DNA of 64,000 bases from the NCBI GenBank assembly GCA_964106645.2, contig OZ067043.1, one strand, 5' to 3'. Position 1 is the first letter of the stretch, and each line of letters opens with the position of its first letter. Under the pieces are notes generated by a model. That model was not told the origin of the DNA, ran no database searches, and saw nothing but the letters and a program-made list of their open reading frames with translations. The position numbers were made by a program, and so were the translations under genes. This DNA is from Podarcis pityusensis. Taxonomy: Eukaryota. Shown here in pieces: positions 1-11,550 of this stretch.

Positions 1-588
1 TGGTTCAATCCCTTCTTTTCCTCTCTTTCTGAAGAAATCACATCCACAATTCTCCCCCCTTTTCCCTCAATTTAGAAAGGGAAAAGTCCAGGTTGGATGA
101 TTGGATTAAAGTCCGCTAAAATGTACTTTTCAATTGCTTCCGCTTTCAAGTTCAATGCTTTATTTTATCTACAAAGAAAGAGGTTGACTTCCTTTTTAAA
201 CCTCTTTCCGTTTTCGGCCAAATTCCAGTTTTGTACAGTTCCAATTTAGATTGTATCCTACTCACGGATCGTTGATTTTCAGGTCCGGATTTTAAGGAAG
301 AAAGGCAGCGCTCTCCGATCAACAGCTTGCGGCTTCACACCACGAACGAGCAGACAGCCCACAGCACAGCGCTCTCCCCGCTCCGCTTCTAAGCCCGTTG
401 CCGGGCTTCTTACCGGATTGGGGGGGCGCCAAATGTGCCCGCTGGGTTCCAGGCTCACAGGCTTCTCCCGCCTGTGATTTTTGGGGGTCCCCCGCTACGC
501 CGAAAGCGGGATCCAACCCTTAATTCGCGGTGAGATTTCCTCCGGTGGAGGAAATCCGCCATTAATCGCTGGCGCCGCCTCCGGAAGT
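1..588 (-). mobile_element. 5' UTR of an L1/Tx1-clade LINE (rest lies outside the window)
   Basis: Minus strand starts ACTTCCGG...ATGGCGG (ETS and YY1-like motifs typical of non-mammalian L1 5' ends). CpG-rich segment with a sharp boundary at 588. No ORF visible inside the window. Confidence 0.6.
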
Positions 589-792
589 AAGAGACTTGAT
601 GTTTTCATCCCCAAAAAAGTTTTTGAGTTTCTGCTGAAATGAGGCTGCATTTTAATGTTGTATTTTAACCCTGTTTTTAAGTTGTATTTCAATCAACTTG
701 TTTTATATTTGGTGTTAGCCGCCTTGAGCCTGGTCTTGGCTGGGGAGGGCGGGGTATAAATAAAATCTATTATTATTATTATTATTATTATT
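589..792 (+). mobile_element. L2 LINE 3' end with (TTA)n tail
   Basis: gttagccgccttgag...gggcggggtataaataaa followed by (TTA)n, the squamate L2 terminus. Confidence 0.75.
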
Positions 793-985
793 GAGATCAA
801 TGCAGGAAATACATGTTTTGTTGCAGTTGGGGCAGATGAAGGCACCTGGTTGTGCTGCTGCCTTTGCACCATGGCATTTCTTCCCTCTGCACTCCTCCCA
901 GTGGTCATTCCTCCTCTGGTCACTGCCATCAATGCACAACCTGACTGTCTCCAAGCACTGTAATTGCCTACAAGGTTTTCCCCTT
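793..985 (-). mobile_element. RTE-clade LINE fragment (C-terminal zinc-finger region)
   Basis: Minus frame ...DQRRNDHWEE.R.KK.....AFICPNCNKTCISCIDL matches the RTE C-terminal F.CP.C.R.C.SRIGL motif. Confidence 0.65.
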
Positions 986-1179
986 TTCATATTGCTTCTA
1001 ATGGTGGCTGCACAGTGATGGCCATGTAAGATGTGTGGTAAATGAAGACTCACGGGTTGCAGGGGAACCACCGGCTCAGAAATCTTATTAAATTACAACG
1101 TACGGCCATTTTAGCTTTGTTTTAAAAGTCTCTCTCACAAAAATGTCCCAAGTCTGCCACTATCAAGGAAGCCCAGAGT

Positions 1180-1415
1180 AGGAGGTTTTCCTGTTCTGCT
1201 GACTGTTTATTCTGCTCTCTTTCTGACTCCCATAGTTGTTTATCTTCAAGAGCAGAGTGGTCATGCAAAGGTCCTTCTAATCTCCTACTTATGAATACTA
1301 AAATTCAAGACAGACTTTGAGGACTATCTGTTCTTTTGATAAACAAGACCATCCGGTGGGTATTCCAAGAATCATTGATGACTTTGCTCATCTCAAAGGT
1401 AAGGAGGAAGGTACA
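1180..1415 (+). pseudogene. Decayed hAT transposase, C-terminal dimerisation domain
   Basis: Translation across frameshifts gives FPVLLTVYSALFLTPIVV / SSRAEWS...QDRL*GLSVLLI / IIDDFAHLK, colinear with the hAT FP....FLTLPVT.ASAERSFS...QDRL..L.L..I...IIDDFA consensus. Confidence 0.55.
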
Positions 1416-1985
1416 AGGGCACTCAAGCTGAAAAGCTGTGAATTTTGTTAGAGAAGGTTTGAAGTTATTTATCTTTAATAATAATAATAATTTATTCTAA
1501 TAAAACTTTGTCATGTCAGTTAATACCTTAAATAAAGATGCATCTGTAATGTATATCCATTCTGAAGATATGTACTTCATCTTTATTTAAATTTCTTCTT
1601 CTCATAATCATGTTTCACCTCCAGTCAGAATGCATGTCATTGGATACTTGGTGTATAATCAAACTAAATTGGGAGGCTCCCTCCATGAAGCACCACTGCA
1701 AAGCATGTCCACCGCTGCTGCTACAGCATTTGCACAGCACAGTTGGCATCCTGTACTTACTTGGTCATCCTTCCCTGATCTATTTGGACTGTGAGCTTAG
1801 TACAATGTGTTTGGGTCATATCCTGTGGTCACAATGCTGGAGTACAAAATAGGAGTGAGGAGACGTTTGACACAGCTGTCCATATACTCAGTGCCTTGCT
1901 CCCAGCAGCAGACAGCGTGGTGGGGCTGCACTGCTTGCCTGACCTCTGGCTGCTTCTGCCATTGCAGCAGAGATGGAGGGGCACG

Positions 1986-2112
1986 TGGAATGGACTCCCT
2001 CAGAAGGTGGTGGACTTTCCTTCCTTGCAGGTTTTTAAACAGAGTTTGGATGGACACCTGTCATTGCTGCTTTAGTTGAGATTCCTGCAATGGAGGATTC
2101 TGCAGTTCTATT
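1986..2112 (+). mobile_element. CR1 LINE 3' fragment
   Basis: Encodes WNGLPQKVVDFPSLQVFKQSLDGHL (CR1 ORF2 C-terminus), followed by the gattcctgca 3' UTR motif. Confidence 0.8.
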
Positions 2113-2572
2113 ATTCCTGCTGGTGCATTTGCACTGTGCCAGTCTCTCTGCTGTTGCCACACCCTCACCTTTTCTATCCAGGTGTGCTGCAGTGACTCAG
2201 TTGGTTTGAGGTCAGGTGAGCCCCAGAGCCCCATCATGTTGTCCACTGCTGGTTGCTCTCTGTCTTCAATTTCCCCCAGCTCTTCTTCGACTATCTCTCC
2301 AAGGCTTTCCATTTTGCAATTGCAGAGTGGAATTTGTTGCATCAGTACACTGCCTTGAATGTTTTGCTCTACTAGTGATCTGACTGTTTATTAAAACAAA
2401 TCCCAGTCTCAGTGTTAGGTAACATACTCCATTAAGCCATTAAGAAGGTGGGGTGGAGCCGATGGGTGTGATCAGCCCTTGAGGACAACCAGTCTCCTTC
2501 TCCAAGCTGGTGGAAGATGATCGATGGCTTTTAGCCCATTAAGAGACGTTTGTGCCACATTATCTGTGAGAC

Positions 2573-2800
2573 AACCAGCATGTTCAGAGACTAGTTATAC
2601 TAGACTAGGACTGGGAAAACCAGAGTTTGAATGCAGCCATGAAGCTCACTGGGTGACCTTTGACCAGGTACTCTTGTTCATCCTAACATACCTCAATGGG
2701 CTTGCAGTGAGATTAAAGTGGCGGTGTGGTTCAGGAGAGGGACCGTGTATGGTTCTGTGAACATCTTGAAGGCAGGTTAAGATATAAATGAAATAAATAC
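2573..2800 (+). mobile_element. Old MIR/CORE-type SINE
   Basis: Core agccatgaagctcactgggtgacctt...cctaacatacctca and an L2-like gatataaatgaaataaata tail. Confidence 0.6.
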
Positions 2801-5800
2801 ATAACTATTAATGCTTTGGATTTGCTACCTAAATCTACTTGGAGTCAATTTAGAAACATGCAAAGGATAAATGTTTTAATAAATATTTCAATGTATTCCT
2901 TTCCTTTCAGTACTGGCAGATGTGGAATTGCAATAGCCACTAACCCTAGCAGGCTCATTCCTCTGTTCCCCACAATATGGAGCAGAAAGTTCCACAGAGA
3001 ACTTGAGCGGACAAGAATGTAATTTGATGCAGGGAGCTGACAGAGAACAAGGGTGTTCTGGTTGTGGAAACAGATGGGAGGGGATACTTTTGTTAAGCAT
3101 CTACTGTCTGTTTCCCGTGCTTGTGGGATAGACTTTTCTCCCTCGTTATCTGTGTAGTGTCCTCGTTGTGACACTCAGAAGAGCCCAGATGGCTGAGTCT
3201 GATTAATCAGAGCTTTAGTTTTAATCTGTAATCAAACTATAAATCGGTCCATCAGTCAGATGAATCGATTTTAAAGCCTTCTGCTGTAGTAAGGGTTTGT
3301 TTGTTTTCTGCTGTCTATTCTTTGGTGGTCATCAACGGTGTAGCAAAGGGATCCTGTTTTGCATGAAGTGCCCCAGTTTTAATGGGGAGGGGAATGTGAC
3401 GATGGGTGTGACTGATGTGATGGTGTCTCAGGTCGGAACAGGTATTACCATACGTCAGTGGCACGGGGAGAGCCCACAGGGGTGGTTGAGCCAGGTGCAA
3501 AATTGTTAGGGGGCACAAAATTTCAACACCCGGTACTGCCTCAATACAGCTGTGCACTTCTGTCAGTGGGCTGCACTGAAAACAGCTTCTCCATGTGAGC
3601 CAGAAAGTGACCTCTTCAGACAATGAAATGACTCTTCTTTTCTTATCTCTGCAGCTGAGATCTTCTGGGTGACATGGACACCGTTAGGCAGTTGAATGTG
3701 CATGCATACTGTGATCTTGCACAGTGCCCCAAAATGTGCATTTTGGGGTGCTGTTCCCCCTCCCAAAAAAGTGTTTTGGGTGCTGCAACTTTGTATGGGT
3801 CATGTGACTCACAAAGGAATGTGGCCTTGGAAGATGGTGTCCCAGACTTGGGCCGGGTCATCTTGGAAGGTATGCTATTACATCCAGACAGATCGGAGCA
3901 ATGTTTCTGTATGACACACACTTTCCTCCCTGTGCTGGATGAAATGGAAAATTTAAAGGTCGAATTTCCTTCTTGCTGACCCATAGCTAAGAGATATTCT
4001 TGATTTCTACTATTGCTACCCTTCTGTAGGAAGAACCCCAGGAAATTAACACTGGCAGTACTCAGTTAATGATGGGTAACTCTACCTGAGGAGATTGAAC
4101 TTGTTTTGGAAGCCATGTTGGCACTGAATGATCCGTTACTCATTACTGTAATAGAAAAGATTCTCTGTTTCATATTCCCAAATTAATGAAAAATAAAATA
4201 TTAAAGATGACCTTTCTAAAGATTGTATTGAGTGGCAGATTTATTTATTGCCATACGTGAGATAAATTGTACATTTATACATCCTCAAAAGGCACAAATA
4301 CTTATTTATCTATTTATTTAGAAAATGTCTGAATCACTTTACATTCAAAAGAATGTCAAAGCAATGTAAACATGCAAGTGTATTTACTGTAAATCTAATC
4401 ATTTGTTAGGGCTTGTTCTCAGCTGGGTCATTGCCGAATATGTTAGCCGCTAGGTGCCAGCGTTGAATTTGACCTGAATTGACATCTGTTTAGTTACCTC
4501 CAATTCTTCTAATCTTCTGCTGCTCTATTATCTGCGCTCTACCTTCAGAAGCCTCAGGGCACCGGGCATGGCACAATCCCCTAAAATGAATCATTTGAGC
4601 TTCTGTATATTTCCTGGCTGGAAATTTTCCTAGTTGGAAAAAAATTCCACTGTATCAAGCTGAAATATTTGGCTGTGTTGCGTGCCTTTGAACTGTGTGT
4701 AATTTAATTGCCTTTGCCCATATGCCAGACTGTTTTGTAAACCAGCTACAATAAAATCTCACAATAAAATCTCACAACTCTTTGTTTCACAAAACCCTCA
4801 GCTTAGCTGGGCAAACATCAAGCTTCTAGTTTGACCTATTCCCCACCAGTAGCCTGATGTTAAACGTGTATATAGTATTTACGAAAAAGTCATGCACTGA
4901 CTTCAGTGGGACTTACTGCATTTAAGATCAGTCACACTGCTTTTGCAACTTGCTTTTATCTTTTTTTGGCCATTTGTTGCTCAAATAAAAAGGTGTTTTC
5001 TCACTCGCCTCTTCTCTCTGTCATCTTGTGGATCCAATGTAGCTGCTGAAACTTCTGACTTTAAATGGCATGTCCTTTAATTTATATAAAGCCATTCTCA
5101 ACTTGGAGCTCTTTTCTTGGTGCTGTCAAGCAGCACCAAACAGGAAGAAGGAGTCATCTATTTTAGTTTGTTGATGTCCTTGGGTCAACTGCTGGCTAGA
5201 CACACATGCTTGTGTAATCCTATGGTGCGGGGGGAGAAGGGAGGAGAGAGGCTGTAAATCACAGCCGTAATATTGGACACCAGGATAGCTATAAATGTCT
5301 TGGTGTGTGTGTAGAAGAGAGCTAGGGGACACTAAAGTCCTCTCCTAATCCTCCAAGATTCCTAGCCTTGGTGTAGATCTTGCCTTGCATGTTATGCGTC
5401 TCACACATACCATCTGTGAATATCTGAAATACGAAGAATATCAACATTGACATGGGAATGTTGAGAATCCCAGGTAAGTTTTGTGAAAGTCTCAAAAACT
5501 CCATTGACACACCAGTGAATATCTACTAAAAACGATTGTCAGCATCTACTCATGTACATCTGAAAAATGGGGCAACATCTCTGTCTTTGGATAGTCACAA
5601 AATGCACCTGGGATTGTCAGCATTCACATGCGCATGTCGGCACCCACCAAATTTCAAAGATTCACATGCATGCATTTTCGTAGGGTACCAGGCACTAACA
5701 GGAGGCACTAACAGTGCAATGGGGCTTACTTCAAGGTAAGCTGGTAGAGGATTGCAGCCTAAAAGCTGCCTCCATTTGAACTGATATGTCTGTGGCAGGA

Positions 5801-6616
5801 AGGGGTAGCAATGATTAACACAATCTGATGAAAATGAGCTTGGGAGGGTTACCAGTCATACCACAGACATTCCCAGACTCTCATAAAAATACCAAAACCT
5901 GTATAATTTAAAAGCAAAACCCTCAGTTTTGTCCTGCTAATTATCAAACCTAAAAGGTAGATATCATATTCTTTCTCTTCTCTGTGGCCTTCTAGATGTT
6001 TTTGGCTTACAGTTTTCATCATCCCTGACCACTGGCTGCAGCTGATGTGAGCTGGACTCTTGTTACACCTGTAATCAGTTTTAAAAGGAAAGAAAAAAGG
6101 AAAGGGGGAAAGATACGGAACGGAGAAAAGAAGAGAAAGAGGATACAAGGCCCTCTATCACAATTACTGTATAACTTCAACACACAGAAGAGTGAACCCT
6201 CTCAGTTAAAGTTCATATAAAAGTAAGGTTAAAAAAGAAATATAAGGAAATAAGAAGGGCTTCCCATTCTCTGCCAATTATGCATATGGCAATTATAAAA
6301 ATTATTCAATGTATGCATTCCAGGATAACATCTAGCTGTATTATTCTTCAGCTGTTTCTCAGTTCTGCTGGACTCCTGCTTCTTTCCCTGTGGTCAGTGA
6401 TCTTCAGTCTGATAACATCTGACCAAAAATGATACCTAGGGATGAGGAATCAGCCCTTTTGTAGTGGAGAGAGTTTCATCAACTGAATTTCTGCTTGTTG
6501 TTCAGTTGTTAAAAGCACAAGAGCCCTGCCACAGAAACAACGGGAACCTCAGGTGGGAGAAAAACCCCATGTCTGCCTCTTAGGGGTCCGGGTGCTCTCA
6601 GTGTGACAAAATGCTT

Positions 6617-6862
6617 CAGGGCCAGTCCTATCATTAGGCAAACTGAGGTGACTGCCCTCAGGCAGCAGCAGCCCTCTGTAAGTTTCTCCTAAGTCCATTG
6701 GCCATTTTCCTCTGATGAAAGACAAGAGCTGTGAACGCTGCACAGCCTGTCCTCCCCCCTGTAGTGTGCTATAATAGATTCAGTCAGCAGTCTTATCCTG
6801 CCTGGAGATAGGGTGCCATCTTGCCCTTTGCCTCAGGCAGCAAAATGTCTTGAACTGCTCTA
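6617..6862 (+). mobile_element. Non-autonomous hAT-like element
   Basis: Starts cagggccagtcct...attaggca..tgagg and ends gcctcaggcagcaaaatgtctt. Same family as 44100-44323. Confidence 0.55.
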
Positions 6863-7920
6863 TGCTTTGAGGAGTTATAGAGTGAAAGGCAAAAAGATGA
6901 TATGGTGGGAATTCAAATCTCAGAGAGGGGAAGGGGAGCTGGAAGACTCCAAAGGAGAGCTTTCACACGTCCAAACATCCATCTGAAGGACCCTCTCCCC
7001 GCACTGAATAGATTCCAGTGGGAAGTGTGTGCATTGATGTAGGCCTGTGCTTTAAAATTAATAATCTGGCCTTTTGCAATAAAAGGCCTATTTCTGTTTC
7101 TACCTGTCTGAACACTCACCCTAGGCGGTTATTCATCCCAGCTGGCTGTACTTGCGAAGGTCACAGATACGTTTTCTAAAATGTGGCCTATAAATAGTTT
7201 ACCAGTTAACATGGAGTGAAATGCTGACTAAATTAGGGCAAGCTGTGGGTCAAACTGGCCTCAGAGGGCACTGACCAAGCATTCCTCAGCCTTTTTTCTA
7301 AGGGGAACATATGATGCTGACTTGAGTTGCATTCACATGTCAGTCTATTGCATTTTCCTGACATTCCCCTAGGTGTTCCTTTCCACATTCTATTCCACAT
7401 TCTATTATATTCCACACAACGTAAAAGCTACTTGCAGAAATATAGTAAAATATAACACAAGTTTAGCATGCTATTTGCATCCCCCCCCCCCCCGGAAGCA
7501 AGTAACATGCAAATGAGCACTAAATTTGCATTATATTCCACTGTATTTCCACAACTAGCTTTTCCGTGATGTCAAAGTTCAAATATATAATGCAGAAATT
7601 AACAGTTAAGGAAATGTCTAGAAAATGAAATAAACTGAGAGAGCAACTGTAAAAGCCACTTACAGAAATATACCAGAATATAATGCAAAACGGCATTCAC
7701 ATGACATGTTTATTCTACTTTACCGACTTCTGTGTCATGTGAAAGCTCAAATACAATGTGGAGATTATCAGGAAATTGTTGAGAAAGCAGGATAAACGGC
7801 TGTGAGAATGCAGTCTTGCACAATATTCCAGGAAGTCTCGTTTATGTAATGTGAAAGCTCAGATAGAATACAGAAATGAACAGTTAGGGAAATGTGTGGA
7901 AGATGGAATAAACTGCCATT

Positions 7921-8085
7921 AAAAAGCAGCCTTATACCAGGTCAGACTATTTCTCCATCTAGCTTAGTAATGTCTACTCTGACTGGCAGTAGTTCACCAG
8001 GGTTTTGGACAGACGCCTCTCGCATCACCTGAAACCTTATCCTTTTAAACGGAGATACAATGTGTGTGCTCTACCACTGTGCTAC
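7921..8085 (-). mobile_element. tRNA-derived SINE (Anolis SINE2-like), decayed
   Basis: Reverse complement resembles the 47940-48118 copy, including a tagcacagtggtagagca head and gctagatgg...tataaggc tail. Confidence 0.55.
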
Positions 8086-8913
8086 ACATCTGATCCAGCT
8101 GTCCAAAGAATTCATAGTCAAGATGTGTGTCTTTGCATGTTGAAAATCATGTCTGAAACACATCCAAACTGCTGCAGTTAAATCTATTAATAAATGGCTA
8201 CAAACCATCTATGAAGATGTGATTCTTTACTGGGCAGAGATGGTGACTAGAGAATAAATAAGTATCTGTTCCCATTAGAGACGCCGCATGCCTGCCTTGT
8301 AAAGCTTGCCTTCCAATGTGTACAGAGTTATGATGCACCCGCAAGTTCCTCTCTGGCTCTCATTCAAATACAAGCTGGAGAAGAGCCCTGACTCTCAGCT
8401 TAATTGGCCTCATAACAGGAGCCACTGGAGCCCCAAGAGAGGCCTTCATCCCTGGTTCCTTCATCACAGCCACACAGTTGTGTCCCAGATGCTAGCAACA
8501 TTGGGAAATGTAGTTTTTGAAGGGCACTCCAGTTCTTTGGATAAATGTCAGACTATTTATTTATTTACGCCCCAACGTAAGCATAAAAATAAATGAGGGA
8601 GACCAGGAGGTCTCTGTGGAGTCTGTGCTTCTATCACCACCAGACCAGGAAAAAGAGAGCAGGACAGGCTATAGGAACTCTCTGGGGCTCATGAGAGGTT
8701 TGGGAAGGTGTTTGGATCCTGTTATGCTCCCAATGTCAGTGGGAGCATGAAGAGTCCCAATTTGACCCAGAATGAACAAATCTATTTTTTTGTTTTGTTT
8801 CATAAGGTAATAGCTGAGTTTGCAAAACCTAATTTTGAGCCAGGTGTGTGGGATTTTACAGTCTTTTAATTTGCATTTTGAACTCTCTACTTTTGTTGTT
8901 TTGTGCTGTTTTC

Positions 8914-8949
<36 letters not shown>

Positions 8950-9878
8950 GGTGGTGTTGGCATTGCATTGAAGTTTATGTATACATAAATAAATTTGCCC
9001 ATCAACTCAACTGCGTGGTGAATCTCTCATGGATGTCTGGGATGCATCTCTGCTAATAAACATATGATAGAAGTACTAAATACTCAACTACGTTTCAGAA
9101 AAATGTGGACATTTCACAAGTGGAAGAGGAGTCTGTTTGATCCCCTGCTCTCAACTGGTTGCCACAATTTACTGTCAGCATCCTACAAAGTTGTGGCAGC
9201 AAAGTGCCTCTTTTTGGGGTCTGTTTTGTGCCTCGCTGAGTTTTAAAGGATTGCTTTCTGCTAACTGAAGGGCTGCTGCTTTACAAGGCTGTCCTCCACA
9301 GATAGGAACTTCACCTGCTGCCTCATGAATGCATTCCCAACCGGGACACCGACATACAGAGGGATTGAGTATCCCCCACAAGCCAGCACTTGCTTGCTGT
9401 GTATCATTTATCTCAGCTGTTTGTCTCACTGATCCAGTACACAAATTGGTATGTAGATAGGCCCTGGGTTGGAAAATTAATCTAACGATCCTGGAGAAAA
9501 GAGGAGGAGGTGGATAAATTTAGCATCTGTCTGAGTTATTCTGGGTCCTGGAAAAAAAGAGAAAAAGAAAAGTCAAGGTGAAAGGGATTTCAAAGAGTTA
9601 TTGGTACTGCTGACAGAAACTCTACACTCCCACAGTGCTTTCCTTTGTGATTTCAAAGCAGAACTGCAATGTAATTTAGGCCCCTGAATCCCAGAGGTTA
9701 CACAAAAGAGGCCATAACTGTATAAAGACAAAATATTTCCTCTTCCTCACATAGTCCCATACTTATAGCAGCAGGCTGCTCAGAGTTGAGTGAGCATGTG
9801 CAAAAACTAGTAAGCCCTAGGACATTTGCAGGAGGGTGCCGCCATCTCAGTGCTTGGTAACCAAACTTCATGAAACTT

Positions 9879-10024
9879 CACAGAATCACAAAATGGTAGA
9901 ATTTGAAGGGACCGTGAGGATCATCTAGTCCAACCTTCTGCAGTGCAGGAATCTTTCACCCAGCATGAGACTTGAACCCATGACTCTGAGAATAAGAGTC
10001 TTGTGCTCTACCAACTGAGCTATC
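9879..10024 (-). mobile_element. tRNA-Lys(CTT)-derived SINE with CR1 tail
   Basis: Head gatagctcagttggtagagcacaagactcttattctcag...ggttcaagt (A and B boxes, CTT anticodon) fused to CR1 3' end gattcctgca...ggttggactagatgatcc. Confidence 0.75.
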
Positions 10025-10126
10025 TCTGTGTTCAAAAGGTAATGACAGCAGTGGTGGTGAAGTATGGAACCTGGTATGATGATTGGCACAAGGATCTCCT
10101 CATCTTCTCCTGTGGTAAGCCAGAAT

Positions 10127-10162
10127 AGGTAAAGGTAAAGGGACCCCTGACCATTAGGTCCA
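10127..10162 (-). mobile_element. Sauria SINE 3' tip
   Basis: aggtaaaggtaaagggacccctgaccattaggtcca matches the tail of the longer copies in this window. Confidence 0.8.
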
Positions 10163-10990
10163 AAACAGCCATTGAAAAACGGTCTCGTTCCCATTTGTAG
10201 CAGTGTGTGAGAAAGGTATGGCAAGCATGTTTTGCATCTCATAGCTTCCAGTTACTCCCAGGATTGAAAAAAGGGAGAGATAAGAAGAGAGGAGGAAGCA
10301 GGGTTGTGTGCTTTGCTAGCTGGGAAGCTTGAGAGTCTGCTCCAACTGATCTGGCAAACTCTGCTCCCAAAAATAGAAAAAGGCCAGGCATGGGAATGAA
10401 ATTATCAGCACACAGAATTTGATAACCACCAGTGCATAAACATGATTTGCACACAGTCACACACTGTGTCCCTGTTAAATACTCAGCATAGGCTATTGCA
10501 GTTTAGAATCCATGTTTTGGATTTACGGTACAAGCTTTCTGAATACTTTGGGATTAAAGGGAAAATTGGGTGATGTTTTGAGAGGAAAAGTTGTTTGTGG
10601 CTACTTCCTGAACAGTATTATCTCCTTGTTTCTAGGCATCGCACAATAATTTATCTACAAGGACCAACTTTAGGATGTAACCCTGTGGAGGTATCATAAC
10701 AAGCAGATTTGCTTAAGCGTGCCAAGTAACATGTAGATTTGCTTCGGGAGTGCCTTGTCATGCAGTGAAGCTCCGTTCATTAGCTAAAGTATGTGCATGT
10801 AAGTTTATTACATTAAATATTTCCCATTATTGATGTTAAATCCAAAAAGCATCTGAACTCCCATGTAGGAACATCTGCTATCTAAATCATTCCTGGGGAA
10901 ACAGAATTCCCCATGGAGGAAAACTTGTGGAAAGTGTTCACTGGAAAGACAAACAAATCCACATGGATTAATTATTTTTTTACTTCAATT

Positions 10991-11378
10991 TAGGGATGAA
11001 TGACTCTGTCAGGTTTAATTTCTCTCAGTTTCTATTTTTTTCCAGTGCTAAATTCAGTTGTGCACACTTCCTCATCAGTTTGCTCTTTTATTTTGGGGGG
11101 GGGGGGGAAACTCCTCATGGAAATTCACCAGCATATTTTTGTATGCAGTTTCTCCAAATATATACATTTTTGCAAACTGATTCCCCTAATATAATTGGTT
11201 TGTTATATAATTCTCACCAATGTGTGCGTTTTCCAGTGCACATACATCTTGTTTTGATTGAAGAACTGTGGAGAAGTGCAAAATTCAGAGAATAGCTGTG
11301 GTGTTTCAGTTTGCGGAGTGCAAATTTGGTAGGTTCGCTTTAAAATGCAAACCAAACTGAATTTCTCCCTTATCCTTG
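10991..11378. mobile_element. Non-autonomous DNA transposon (hAT-like, TAGGGATG termini)
   Basis: Degenerate terminal inverted repeats tagggatg...tatccttg; subterminal gaatttctccc motif. Confidence 0.45.
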
Positions 11379-11512
11379 CTCCAGATAGTGTTTCCTTCTT
11401 GAATGGACTGCCAAACACCTAATTAGTTATGGTAAACATGACTATATATTCGTAAAGCAGTTTGATTGGAATACTAACACCGGACGAAAACAGCAGAGAT
11501 GGCAGCACATAA

Positions 11513-11513
<1 letters not shown>

Positions 11514-11550
<37 letters not shown>

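Noticed and set aside
530-588. HDV-like ribozyme suggested by tcgctggcgccg
   Set aside because: The match is on the strand opposite the element, and I could not build the nested pseudoknot.
2061-2342. Acidic 93-aa minus-strand ORF and 34-nt plus-strand micro-exon (2182-2215)
   Set aside because: No recognisable homology or partner exons; consistent with chance or a decayed repeat.
9955-10024. Functional tRNA-Lys gene
   Set aside because: Acceptor stem incomplete, several substitutions, and fused to a CR1 tail, so it is a SINE head.
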